Shown here: positions 1 through 12,279 of the stretch, piece after piece
How positions within the stretch are numbered: position 1 is the first letter of the stretch
Layout of the letters: each line of letters opens with the position of its first letter
Source: Chiloscyllium plagiosum
Lineage: Eukaryota
Reading direction: 5' to 3'
Assembly (NCBI RefSeq): GCF_004010195.1
Contig: NC_057711.1
Span: forward strand, 3,616,460-3,652,095
DNA length: 35,636 nt
The notes under the pieces: generated by a model
What the model was told of the DNA's origin: nothing
Database searches by the model: none
The model's input: the letters and a program-made list of their open reading frames with translations, nothing else
Translations under genes and position numbers: made by a program

Positions 1-1112
1 CAGGACTTATACACTTAATGGTAAGGTCCTAGGGAGTGTTGCTGAACAAAGAGACCTTGGAGGACAGGTTCATAGCTCCTTGAAAGTGGAGTCGCAGGTA
101 GATAGGATAGTGAAGAAGGCATTTGGTATGCTTTCCTTTATTGGTCAGAGTATTGAGTATAGGAGTTGGGAGGTCATGTTGTGGCTGCACAGTACATTGG
201 TCAGGCCACTGTTGGAATATTGCGTGCAATTCTGGTCTCCTTCCGAACGGAAGGATGTTGTGAAACTTGAAAGGGTTCATAAAAGATTTACAAGGATGTT
301 GCCAGGGTTGGAGGATCTGAGCTACAGGGACAGACTGTACAGGCTGGGGCTGTTTTTCTGGAGCGCCGGAGGCTGAGGGGTGACCTTATCTCGGTTTACA
401 AAATTAGATTAGATTAGATTAGATTACTTACAGTGTGGAAACAGGTCCTCCGGCCCAACAAGTCCACACCGACCCGCCGAAGCGCAACCCACCCATACCC
501 CTACATTTACCCCTTTAACCTAACACTACGGGCAATTTAGTATGGCCAATTCACCTGACCCTGCACATCTTTGGACTGTGGGAGGAAACCGGAGCACCCG
601 GAGGAAACCCACGCAGACACGGGGAGAACGTGCAAACTCCACACAGTCAGTCGCCTGAGTCGGGAATTGAACCCGGGTCTCTGGCGCTGCGAGGCAGCAG
701 TGCTAACCACTGTGCCATCGTGCCGCCCCCACTGTGCCATCGTGCCGCCCTTTATGAGGGGCATGGATAGGATAAATAGATAAAGTCTTTTCCCTGGGAT
801 TGGAGAGTCCAGAACTAGAGGGCATAGGTTTAGGGTGAGAGGGGAAAAATATAAAAGAGACCTAAGGGGCAACTCTTTCACGCAGAGGGTGGTATGTGTA
901 TGGAATGAGCTGCCAGAGGATATGGTGGAGGCTGGTACAATTGCAACATTTAAGAGGCATTTGGATGGATAAATGAATAGGAATGGTTTGGAGGGATATG
1001 GGCCAGGTGCTGGCAAGTGGGACTAGATTGGGTTGGGATATCTGGTCGGCATGGACGGGTTGGACCGAAGGGTCTGTTTCCATGCTGTACATCGTTATGA
1101 CTCTATGACTCT
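1..1112 (+). mobile_element. CR1-clade LINE 3' fragment (ORF2 C-terminus and 3' UTR), split by a SINE insertion at about 405-750
   Basis: ORF 80..376 reads LVRPLLEYCVQFWSP...LERVHKRFTRMLPGLEDLSY, typical of CR1 ORF2. The sequence resumes after the SINE (ATGAGGGGCATGGATAGG = MRGMDR) and ends in a (ctatgact)-type tail near 1100. Confidence 0.9.
405..750 (-). mobile_element. HE1-type tRNA-derived V-SINE
   Basis: The minus strand has an A box (TGGCACAGTGG), a B box (GGTTCAATTCC), the V-domain GGAGTTTGCACGTTCTCCCCGTGTCTGCGTGGGTTTCCTCCGGGTGCTCCGGTTTCCTCCCACA and an (AATCT)n tail. Confidence 0.85.
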
Positions 1113-1731
1113 GTTGGCACTGATCAATGACTGATGAACAAAATTATATTAGGAACGGAGGGAAATAAATTTACAGGGTTTTGGGGATAGAGTGGTGAAT
1201 AAGACACATGGGATTGTGCGTCAGATAGTCAGCTTGGACTTGATGGGTCAAATGTCATTTGTACTTGTTTTGTACTTGTTTAACCTGTTCTGATCATTTA
1301 ACCAATGGAGTCAAACTATAATTTAGGCAAATCTGCTCTGTTCTCCTATTCGGCTCACTACAGGATGTCCTTCCATAAAGTGGGGTTAGGATTAGGGTGA
1401 GGTTCCTATTTCAGCTCTGATGTCTTGTGGTCTTCTTCCTTAATGACCTATTTAACTCCATCATGGGTACATTTCAGGAGCCAGGCTGGAGTGAAAAAAA
1501 AACAAAATTAAAAAGATCTGTTATAGACTTTACCACAGAAAAAACAAACACTTTCATTCAGGAAAGTCACAAGACATGTAAATCACATCAAGTACTTAAA
1601 ACTGAATAAAAACAAACATTTGTATTTAGCATAACACATTAAAACAGCTAATCCATCAATAACCTCTTGGAACTGTTAGTCCTCTATGAACATGCTGTTT
1701 ACTACAAGGGGAGGTGGATATGAATTGGAAC

Positions 1732-2045
1732 TTAGATTAGATTCCCTACAGTATGGAAATAGGCCATTTGGCCCAACAAGTCCACACTGACCCTATGAAG
1801 AATAACCCACCCAGACCCATTCTCTTACCCTATATTTACCCCTGACTAATGCACTAACACTCTGGACAATTTAGCATGGTCAATTCAACTAACTTGCACA
1901 TCTTTGGATTGTGGGAGGAAATGGGAACACCTGGTTGAAACCCATGCAGACACGGGGGGAATGTGCAAACTCCACACAGACAGTTGCTTGAGGTGGGAAT
2001 CAAACCCGGGTCTCTGGCACTGTGAGACAGCAGTGCTAATAACTG
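1732..2045 (-). mobile_element. HE1-type V-SINE, more diverged copy
   Basis: Clearly homologous to 405-750 (TTAGATTAGATT tail, V-domain, tRNA-like head). Confidence 0.85.
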
Positions 2046-3859
2046 TTTTGTTGCAGCGTTACAAGGCATTGGAGAGACCACATATAGAGTACTGTGAACA
2101 ATTTTGGTCTCCTTCTTCGAAAAAGCATACAATTACTTTGGAAATGTCAAATCAAATTGAAGCTACGGGAATCAAAGTTAATGGCTGTGTGGTTTTGAAA
2201 TTAGCTTTGGACCAGAAAGCAGAGACCTTGTGGTGAGTCACGAGTCTGGCAACATCTGTGAAGAGAAAGGAAAATTGAAGTTTCAGGTCCAGTCCAGTCA
2301 TGCCTGCTGAAGAATAATCTAACAGCAGAGAGAGAGAGCTGTATTTAGCAGCTTCAATTCCAAACCGCAAGTTCAATAACTGAAAGGAAAACTAAAACAC
2401 TAGGTCTGTGTGAGCCTGACTGACTCACTCATACTTGTTTCATCTAATTAAACAAAACCCAAAGCTATTTACTCTGCTTTCCATGGAGCAGACATCTTGC
2501 CACCAGGTTAACAACACATATCTTCAAGAGAAACAGGACAACACAGATCTCCCTTAAAGGCACATATCGTCACAGCAGTGAAGAGTGAGGATGGTATTAA
2601 CAGACTCTGAGGCATATAGGCTGGTGAAATGGCTAGAGAAGTAAAAATTAACATTGGGAAAGGTGAAGCATAATGATAGGAAGATGTTAGGCCACAGATC
2701 ACCCCACATCTCATTGTATGCCAGAACAGTCTTCAAAGGTTGAATGTCCTACTCCTGTTCCTATGTTCTGAAGAATGAACAGAGGTGATATAACTGAAAT
2801 GGTATAATTTTACAGTAATAAAACCATGGTGGAAGTGCACGTTGAAACTTGGGGTTTAGTTGTAATGGATTTAAAATGGCAAAAGGAATGCTTGTTTTCA
2901 CTGACTAGAGCAGAGAGTAGAAAAGCAAGGATGAACATTTCCAAAACGTCAGTTCAAGCCCAGCTGGAGAAACATGACCAATTCTCTGCACTCTGCTTCA
3001 GGGAGGATGTTTTTGTGCAGAAAAGATAAAGTTGAATGGTCCCACAGAAGAGATTTCAGTTCTTTGAAGGAAGTAGTGTTGCTTTTCTTAGAGAAGAGCA
3101 GATTAGAGTGAGATTAGATTGAGCTGTCCTTCATCAGGGAGGGTCTTTCTAAAGTAAGTAATGAGAAACTGTTTCCAGTGGCAGGATGGCCAGTTAGTAA
3201 ATGGATACAGGTAAAGGCGTTGATGAAAGAACCAAACTTCACATGACGGAGTCAATGCACAGACTCGGAAAAGGACACGGGGAGTGTGACTAATTTAGAT
3301 AGATGTTTCAAAGGGCTGGCACAGGCACAGTAGGCTGTGTGGCTTCATCCTGGCCTGTATGATACTATCAAACAGGAAGCAGGTACTACTTATTTTGCTG
3401 CCACACTGGAGTGACATTCCATAGGAGACATGTGTGATAAAAGAGAGTTAACCATGACCTGTACCCATCAGACAGTGGTACAGATTATTGTGAGTTCTGA
3501 GCCTCAGAATCATCTGTGTTTAACAAGGTGTTTGCTCATTGAAACATTATAAAGCATACTGTCAGAGGACCTAAGAATCACAGGCTAATAAAGTTCAACA
3601 ATGATCACCCTGAATGATGGAGCAGGGTTGAGGGCCTGAATGGTCTATGTATGTTCAGATTTCTTATGTTCATATGTTTTATTCTGGGTAGGTCCAGACA
3701 GGCTGTTAGAAACATTCAGGAGAGATGAGATTGGAGCAGGCGGAATATTGGATGCTTAGGGAAAGTCAAAGGGTAGAGAGAGTGAGAGTAAAGCAGGGCT
3801 AAATATTGGGGGGTGCAGGGAGTGATCAGAGAGTGAGAGCAGATTCAGGTATTTTTATT

Positions 3860-4250
3860 TTTCTTACAAGGCATGTGAGTATCACTGGCAAGGCCAGCAT
3901 TTGTTGTCCATCTCTTATTGCCCTTGAACTGAGAGGCTTGCTTGGCCATTTCTGAGGGCAGTTCAGAGTCAGATGCATTGCATTCAATTAGTCCTAAAAG
4001 GACACATTGAAGTTTGAAATGGGGACCTGAAGTCACTTTTAGGGTGGAATTGGTAAAGGTGGTAGATTTGCTTCCTGAAGGATATTAGTGAACCAGATTA
4101 AAAAAAATGATGATAATTGGTCACCATTACAGAGACAAGATTTCAATTCCAGATTTAGTCATTAAATGTAAATTTCACAAGTTACGTGGTGAGAATTGAA
4201 CCCCCCTTCCCAGAGCATAAACTGATCCTCGTGCTCTCCACAGCAGCTAC
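3860..4250. repeat. Old dispersed shark SINE/LINE-tail family; related copies near 6330-6550, 12880-13290, 15710-16050, 18990-19500 and 25930-26100
   Basis: Shared motifs such as GGCCAGCATTT.TTG.CCATC, TTCC.T.AAGGA.ATTAGTGAA.CAGAT and TTTGAACCC recur across these loci. Family name not assigned. Confidence 0.6.
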
Positions 4251-4280
4251 TGGGAGTCATTTGAGATTTGTGACACCCAC

Positions 4281-4325
4281 CTGGACACTTTTCCTTGATC
4301 CATGTAGAAGCAGCATAGAGACTGG
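4281..4325 (-). CDS. Possible further cytoplasmic exon of the V-set receptor (ASLYAASTWIKEKCP)
   Basis: Acceptor ctgtttgcag, 45 nt open in phase 1-1, donor CAG|gtgggt; phase-compatible with the 6231-6170 exon. No homology support. Confidence 0.25.
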
Positions 4326-5344
4326 CTGCAAACAGCTCAATACAACAAGGAGTGTAACCAGTCATTCAGCCAGGTGATTTAGGAAATGGGAAATGATTAT
4401 TGTACAAGGATCCATCCAGAGTCAGTAACTGAGAAGAAGATTTTCAACTCCATTGCTCTCTTAACAATCTAAAGAACCTGATCAGCTTCCTTTTTGGAAT
4501 GGTATGACACAGATACAACACACCAAACCAAACCCACCGAGCTCTGGATTCACAACACAATGAAAAGCAAACATTCATTGATCCTCAGACTTGCTGTATT
4601 GTTGTGATGAGCCATAAAAAAAACAGATTGTGGACACCAAATTTTTAATTGAAATTAACAATTTAATATTGTGAATGTAACCTACCACAGCACAGATAAG
4701 CTATAACGTAATGTAATTAATATGCACCGTGTAGCGCAAGCTGCTTTGATAATAAACATGCAATCAGATATCACATACATAGTCATACAGACTCCCGCAC
4801 AAACGTAAGGGAAAAATTAAAACATAAAAGAATCGCAATTTTGTAGCTCAATAACCATTTTAACAATCAATGCTTCCATGAAACCTTTGGACGACTGGTT
4901 ATATTACAGGCACATAGGACTGCATATCTTTCTTGAATTCCACAGTCACTGGTCAATGCAAGCAGCTTCTGCAGATTTCCAGAGACTTTTCTTTATGTCT
5001 CACAGACTGGGACTCTTTTCACAGGTCTTTCAACAAGTTGATGACTGGAGAATACCTAGGGAAAGAAAAACCAAAAAAAAAAAGCCTTAGTTGGGAAGTT
5101 TCCAGAACAAAATTCCCTCATCCTGCAAACCATTAACTCGCACTCCCATCCCAACCGTGCAACGATTCCAATCAGGGCCACTTGGTTATGTTTTTCACTT
5201 CTATTCTCAACATATGGCCAGCACCGATTCTGACTTGATTAACCAAGCCAACACCCAAACAGTGGCCAGTACCTAAGCTTAGCAACAACTCAGTTCATCT
5301 ACAGTGTCCTTCGAGCAGTAATTAACCAGTTATTAGCTGCTCCA

Positions 5345-5770
5345 AGGAAGCTGATGCCTCTCCTCCTGGCTGATGCAGAGTGTCCTGCCTCAGTGCTGAT
5401 GGTACTTATCAAGGATCAAAGGACAAGGGAAGCAGCTCAAAATCTCCAGGAAGATTTCCCTGAAGAAATAGATGTCAATGCATGGGAACCTCTCATTCAA
5501 AAGAAACTGATTTGGAGAAAACTCCTCTATGAATTTGTTGAGAACACCCATCAGCAAGGGAAGTATGGAGAATGAATTGGAGAAAGGAATGTCAATGGGA
5601 TCAAGGCCAAGGACCTCCTGGAAACACCTGTCAAATGTACAATTGGAGAAGCGGCTCTCGGATAAGGCTTATCAGCCACACAATGACTCACATAACCCAT
5701 GACCAGTGACACAGGATTTCCTTAGTAGATGACCATACTCATTAGCTAGTCATTGCTGATGATAACAAAT
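5345..5770 (+). mobile_element. Degenerate RTE-clade LINE 3' end
   Basis: Translation includes QRTR...IDVNAWEPLIQKKLIWR, followed by an SRIRLISHT.TH segment resembling the RTE ORF C-terminal zinc-finger end. Confidence 0.6.
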
Positions 5771-6169
5771 TGATATGCACTATCCTTCCAGGCCAGATTC
5801 CAGCAGCAAACATCTCCCATTTGTTCTCTCCTCTTTTGTGAAACAAGCTGATGTTCAAAGTGAATATTCAATTCTCAACTTTAACTCACTTCCATAACTG
5901 AGGAACAATGAGGAAACTCAAAGAAAAGTAGAGACGGTCTCAACAGGAAACACATTGCTTTTCACTCGGTTACATTGAATGGTCAGTAAGTTAGAAAGTT
6001 CGTCAATCAAGGGAGTCAACCCTTGCAGTCAGTATATAACCTGGAGAGTGAGGGTGACACTCTGCCACTACATGTCTGTCCAGGATTCCCATTGTATTTA
6101 TGCTTCACATTCTCTCTGTTACAGTGTCTAAAATGGACATTGATCGGTCAGTTAGAGTACATCTAGTAC

Positions 6170-6231
6170 CTGGATCAGATGGCTGTTGGGCCTGAGCAGT
6201 CTCAGGAGTGCTGGATGAACCTGGATCATTT
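6170..6231 (-). CDS. Probable cytoplasmic exon of the V-set receptor ((R)NDPGSSSTPETAQAQQPSDP)
   Basis: Strong acceptor ccttgtgtgtttttcag; 62 nt open in phase 2-1; donor CAG|gtacta; Ser/Pro/Gln-rich and in phase with exon 7213-7169. Read-through of the donor gives GTRCTLTDRSMSILDTVTERM*. Confidence 0.5.
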
Positions 6232-7168
6232 CTGAAAAACACACAAGGATCATGAATATACCAAGGAAGCAAATGGTAAAAACCCAGGACGCAGCAAAAA
6301 GCATCATGTGTTTTTTGATAATTCAGATCATGGGGGTCACTGACTGGTCCTGGTTACCCTTGAGAAGGTGATAGTGAAATGTTCACTGGGTCAAAGTTCT
6401 GGAATTCCCTCCTTAAGGGCACTGTGGCTCTACCAACAGCACGTGGACTGCAGCAGTTCAAGAGGGCGACTCACCATCACCTTCTCAAGGGCAACTAGGG
6501 ATGGGCAATAAATGCTGGCCCAGCTAGAGATGCCCATGTCTCTCTGTGAATAAAAATGATGTTCAGACTTAGACACAAATCTCCCATCTCACCCTTGAAT
6601 AATCCATCACCGGAAACAGTCTTAATTTGGTACCAGAATGTGACTGGCACCCATGGAATCCATGGTTTAGTCAGCAGCTGTAACACAGGGAGGGCTTCAG
6701 AAACTGTCAGGAATCACAGTGATAAACAAATGATTCCAGGCAACTCTAGGTCAGCTTTGTTCAGCTAGTCACGGGACAGGGAGGGAGAGTATTGGAGATG
6801 AGAGGTAAATTCCTGCAGGGGCTTCTCATCTGCTGTAACTTTGGAGCTGTTACAGGGCTTGGAAATATTGGAAAAAGAAGAATGATTCAGAAATTACATC
6901 CCCATCCTGTGGAAATACATCTGCTTGGAGAAAATAGTAAATTTCACAAAAACTGCAAGTGACAACATTTCATTCTTTTCCTCCATAAAACATTCATTAA
7001 AACTCAAAGTATCTGCTGTGATGAAAATGAGCAACATTTTAATTTTACATGAGGGTGAATTGCAGGTTAATTTGGGAAAAGGGTAATCACAGGTGAATCT
7101 GGAGGTGGAGATTTGCAAACAGCTGGAAATTGACAGATTCTGATCAAAATGAGGAACCTGTCATTTAC

Positions 7169-7213
7169 CTCAGTCTGTTGAGATCACTCTCCCACTGAGT
7201 TTTTGAGCAGCTT
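7169..7213 (-). CDS. Probable cytoplasmic exon of the V-set receptor (SCSKTQWESDLNRL(R))
   Basis: Branch-like CTAAT, then tgctttgtccttttaag (NAGNAG); 45 nt open in phase 2-2; donor GAG|gtaaat. Confidence 0.45.
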
Positions 7214-8466
7214 CTTAAAAGGACAAAGCATATTAGCAGCTCATCAGCAATGGGCTGCATTCTGTCTGTGAGCAAGAGTATTCAATTCAACCCTGAAACA
7301 GAACATTTCTGCCATCAATCTTGCATCATTCATTAATTATCCTACCTCCTTGAAAATGTGATCAGCTCGATTTGCTGTGAAAACCCTAAAGAGACAAAAG
7401 TGATTGTTAAATGTTTGTTGTGTTATGAACAAATTTGCTGCTTTGTCTCCACAGTTGGAAGTGTTTCAAGCAAAACCATGACTTCTCAACAACCTACACA
7501 AAATGCACAGTTTGCACAGAACTCAGAATGTTTTGTGACACTTACACCCTTTATTCAAGTGTGTCTGACATAGCCCAGTCCAAGATCTGTAATTGACCAA
7601 GTCGGGTTAGAGTGTTTTAAGATGATCAGTGGGAACAAAGGATCAGATGTAGGAAGGTGTGTTGCCTCAAAGAGCAGAGACAAGGTAAGAGAGAATATTG
7701 TTGTAATCCCAGTTATTACTGGACAAGTCACACCCAGACACACAACCTGGCTTGCTAGATGATATTTAGATATTTGTTGGCTTATAATGAAATTTTCTTT
7801 CTGTGAAAGATAAGTACACAACAGTACACATATTGCTTTAATGTAAACCAGAAGTTTATTCAGAAAAAAATGAAGATGCAATAGAATAAACCAAACTACC
7901 TACATCTGACAAAAATTCAAAGATTTTAAAGAAGAAAGCATGATCCAAATAGTGCAAAACACTGTAAATTATAAAACAATAAAAGCTTTTTCATTGTACC
8001 CAAATATTTTCACTGGTACAGTGATCAAAAACACAAATTGCATAGTACCCACAAATACTACTCATGCTACACGCTCACCACAATACTTGTTTATATCACT
8101 TTGGTAGATTTAAGCCATTGCAATTTAAACTTGTCAGTTGAAAATGCACATAGTTCTTCCTGGAACTAGATACAGCTGAGTTTAAATGCACTCAGTTTTA
8201 AGTAACCTCTTCAGGGTTTGGTCTTAACATTTGTAGTCTGTTACTAACACTAACTCTTCACTTTAAAGTAAAATAGTTCAGTATACCCTTCCATTCTCAG
8301 GAATGAAGGTAAATACTGCCATATTCATCAAAAGATTTCACAGGGCTACTCAAACAGAGCAAAGCTAAAAATAAAACTTCCTCCAAACTATGGGGATATC
8401 CTTGAAGCTTTCAAAAAAAGTTCCAGAAATTTCTAAAAAAAGCCTTGATGGGCCTTTATCTATTTC

Positions 8467-8822
8467 ACTGTCAACAGGGGTGGTACCAGGGGACTGGAGA
8501 GTGGCGAATGTTGTGCCCCTGTTCAAAAAAGGGAATAGGGATAACCCCGGGAATTACAGGCCAGTTCGTCTTACTTCGGTGGTAGGCAAAGTAATGGAAA
8601 GGGTACTGAGGGATAGGATTTTTGAGTATCTGGAAAGACACTGCTTGATTAGGGACAGCCAGCACGGATTTGTGAAGGGTAGGTCTTGCCTTACAAGTCT
8701 TATTGAATTCTTTGAGGAGGTGACCAAGCATGTGGATGAGGGTAGAGCAGTGGATGTAGTATACATGGATTTTAATGACTTGGATGAGGGAGTCAAAGGG
8801 TGGGTCAGTAAATTTGCAGAAT
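8467..8822 (+). mobile_element. CR1 LINE reverse-transcriptase fragment with an internal deletion
   Basis: VPGDWRVANVVPLFKKG...NYRPVRLTSVVGK...QHGFVKGRSCLTSL...VDVVYMDF is joined directly to NDLDEG...SKFA. Confidence 0.9.
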
Positions 8823-9167
8823 AGTTTGATATATTTGAGTGCCTTTCTTGACCGTTTTCGAGATCATTGAAGAGTTTATCACATGTCTGTGCATCTCGAG
8901 TCAGTTTTAGGACAGACCAGGAAACCACGGGAGATTCACTTCCTGAAAGTATATTGGGGAAGGAAATTGATATTTACAAGCAACGTTGACATCAATGTGA
9001 ATATTACTGGCATCAGATTTCACAGCTCGATATTTAAAAATGTATTTTTAACTTCTACCAGCTGCCAGTGCATTAACCTGGTCTGGATTAATAACCCAGT
9101 GCCATTTACACAACAGCGCCATCTCCACATGGGGACCTATCGGAAACCACACTGAGCAGTTTAGTTC

Positions 9168-9675
9168 TGTGTTGGTGTACTGTGTGCAGTTCTGGTCGCC
9201 TCACTTTAGGAGAGATGTGGAAGCTTTGGAGAGGGTGCAGAGAAGATTTACCAGGATGTTGCCTGGAATGGAGAGGGAGTCGTACGAGGATAGGTTGAGA
9301 GTTCTCGGCCTTTTCTCGTTGGAACGGCGAAGGATGAGGGGTGACTTGATCGAGGTTTATAAGATGATCAGAGGAATAGATAGAGTTAGACAGTCAGAAA
9401 CTTTTTCCCCGGGTACAACAGAGTGTTACAAGGGGACATAAATTTAAGGTGAAGGGTGGAAGGTATAGGGGAGATGTCAGGGGTGGGTTCTTTACCCAGA
9501 GAGTGGTGGGGGCATGGAATGCGCTGCCTGTGGGAGTGGTAGAGTCAGAATCTTTGGTGACCTTTAAGCGGCAATTGGATAGGTACATGGATGGGTGCTT
9601 AAGCTAGGACAAAATGTTCGGCACAACATCGTGGGCCGAAGGGCCTGTTCTGTGCTATATTGTTCTATGTTCTAT
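9168..9675 (+). mobile_element. CR1 LINE 3' end
   Basis: YCVQFWSPHFRRDVEALERVQRRFTRMLPG...RGDLIEVYK, followed by a TGTTCTATGTTCTA tail. Confidence 0.9.
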
Positions 9676-9869
9676 CTTGCTGGGCCATAAAACAATTTAA
9701 GATAAACAAAAATCCATCAATTCTAAAGTTAGGCCTCAAATCTGTTCTTAGAAGAAATCACCAAAACTACAACAGTACTCACAAGCCAGTTATTAATCTT
9801 AGACATGCAGAAAATCAACATGCCACTGACTTTAAAAACAAAAAAAAACAAACTTAGAACAAATACTAA

Positions 9870-10900
9870 TAAATACTGCAAGCTGGTTGGGAGGGTGAAC
9901 TGTGAAGAGGATACAGAGATACTTCAGTACAATTTGGACAAGCTCAGTACAAATTCATTGCAGTTGAAGTATAATGTGTTAAGTATGAGGTTATCCACTT
10001 TGGTAGCAAAAAACAGGAACAAGACAATTTGCTAGAATTCCCTAGATCCAGGGAAGGACCATTCCATTCAAAAATTATGAATGCAACTCCTTTATTCAAA
10101 AAGAGGAGGAGGCAGAGAGCAGGAAATGACAGGACAGTCTGCTTATCCTACAGAGTGAAAATTTTAGAAGCTAATATTGAACATATTATAGCAGGTTACA
10201 TCGTTGCAATAAAAGATGCTGCAGAGAAAAGACAACATTAGGACACACCGTGCTTATAAGTCCAGAAGGCTGTTGATAACGTAGAAAATAGGAACAGGAG
10301 TAGGCCATTCAGCCCTTTGTGTATGCTTTAATATTCAATATGATCATGATTGATCATTCATTTCATGACTTTGTTCCTGATTTCTCTTCATACCATTTGA
10401 TTAATTTAGCCTGAAGAACTATATCTAACTCCTTCTTAAACATACTCAATATTTTGGACTCATTTGCTTTCTGTGGCAGAGAATTCCATAGGTTCACCAC
10501 TTTCTGGATGAAGGAATTTCTCCTCATCTCAATCCTGAATGGCCTACCCCATATTCTTAGACAGTGACCTTTGGTTCATGACTCCCCAGTTGTTGGGAAA
10601 ATCCTTCCTGCACTACCGTGTCTAGTCTTATTAAAATTTCACACGTTTCCCTGAGGTCCCCACCCTCATTCTTCTAAATCACAGTGAATATCATTCTAAC
10701 CGATCCAATCTCTTGTCATATATCAATCCTGCAACCCCAGGAATCCGTTTGAGAAACCTGCATTGCATTCCCCCGCTCGCCATAAAATCCTTCCTCAAAT
10801 AAGGATACCAAAACCTCACACAATACTCCAGATGTGGTCTTACCAAAGCCCTAAACAATTGCTGAAAAACATTCCTGCTGCTGCACTTAAACCTCTCAGT
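9870..10900. mobile_element. Patchwork of degenerate CR1 fragments (plus strand to about 10270, minus-strand 3' end about 10280-10900)
   Basis: ORF 10691..10987 contains RALVRPHLEYCVRFWYPYLRKD; plus-strand remnants include KLVGRVNCEEDTEILQ and NATPLFKK. Confidence 0.75.
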
Positions 10901-11682
10901 CTGAAGCCAAATTGCAACTGACAGAGATGGGGAGGGAGAGGCCATAAAGATAAAGATAACAATTTGAACTTCGCAAGATGACATCATAGAACTCAGGAGT
11001 CTGAGGTCTACAACATGGCTGAGATGTCCTGGATGTTCAATTTGATCAGCCAGTGCAAAGATAGATCATGAGGTCAGCCCCAAAACAGATCAGTGCCTGA
11101 ACATTGCACCCACTGCACAGGCCCGAAGAGGAGTCCATGTTACCATTCCACCCCTAGATATAGCTCTGTTACTCAGACTATCTGACTTCATGCAGCAAAC
11201 TCTCCAAATTTATTTTAACACTAAAAACACATAGGGGAATTGTTTTGATTTGCAGCTTCCTTTCTGTTTAACTGAGATTCTGTGCTGAGTGGAAATGAAT
11301 GGAAAAGATGTGGTCTGTTGGGATTTTGTCAAATGGGATTGAATGAAAAGATATTTTGGTGCATTGAGTTTTGACAGTAATAGGGAGTAGAATGGGGATT
11401 GATCCAGAGTTCAATAGAATGGGTTTGAATGACTTTGCTTGTGAAACAGCCTCAGTGTTCAATCACTCATGAGAAAGCTCAAACAGGAGACAGATACCAG
11501 AGAGTGGCTGATACTATCAAACAGGCCGCCTATACCCATCCTCCACCATGACTAAAAAAAAAGCCAACGTTTTCAGAGAATGTATTGAAGAGGACAGAGT
11601 TGGTGAGGGAAAATTAATGTAGGGTCATCATTTGTTGCAGAACCATATTGTTTTATTTTACCTCATGCTCTACAGAACCCAC

Positions 11683-11793
11683 CTCCTTTCTTCCTGAAGG
11701 CAATGAAGATGATGACAATGATGATGATGATGAGGAGGAGGATGAGCAATGAAATCATCAGTGGATTTACAGTGGTGGGCTCAGTCTTCTTCA
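11683..11793 (-). CDS. Transmembrane exon of the V-set receptor: (V)KKTEPTTVNP-LMISLLILLLIIIIIVIIFIAF-RKKG
   Basis: Acceptor ttcttgctgtattacag; 111 nt in phase 1-1, in frame with V3; 22 uncharged hydrophobic residues followed by an RKK stop-transfer; donor GAG|gtgggt. Read-through gives GGFCRA* (stop at 11665-11663). Confidence 0.85.
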
Positions 11794-12279
11794 CTGTAAT
11801 ACAGCAAGAATGACATTGGTCAGTAATATCTCAGTTAATATCTCAGAGCAGTGAAACCTAAAGCAGGGTTACAGAGCATAAGATTAAATGTACAAACTGG
11901 CCGTTCTCTGATGGAGCAATCCAGTTAGTCCCTCTTCCCAGTCCTTCCCTATAATCCTCTCACTTGCTCCTTTCCAAATACTTCCCAATTTGTCTTCTAA
12001 AAGATCCCCCAATGAATCTGTTTCCACCGTCCTTTTAGGCAGTGCATTACAGATCAGAGCAATTCCTGAAGGAGGTGGCTGCTTAATTCTGTGACACAGA
12101 ATATCGTGTTAGGTGGATATTTTAAATCATTCCTAGATATTGTGCTGACTCATCCGGCGCTAGCTGGGCAAATGGTAAAGGCTGCATTTAACTCCAGCTC
12201 CCCTCGGATTGAGCGAGTGAAGAATTGGCAATAGTGTCCCCTCCTTGGTGTTCCTGCACCCCAGATGTTGTTATGAAGG

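Noticed and set aside
640-750. tRNA gene
   Set aside because: The A and B boxes belong to a SINE head, followed by the V-domain and a LINE-like tail.
2152-2379. AKYSSL/LDYSSA as ITIM or ITAM in a terminal exon
   Set aside because: Does not fit either consensus, is in phase 0, and runs into repeat-derived sequence.
6593-6677. 85-nt segment with good splice sites starting LL (LLTKPWIPW...) as TTPA exon 2
   Set aside because: No similarity to TTPA exon 2 beyond the two leucines, and it has stops in the phases used by the receptor.
7700-8390. Possible solo LTR (also about 4540-5330)
   Set aside because: Composition is suggestive, but I could not identify termini, a TSD or a second copy.
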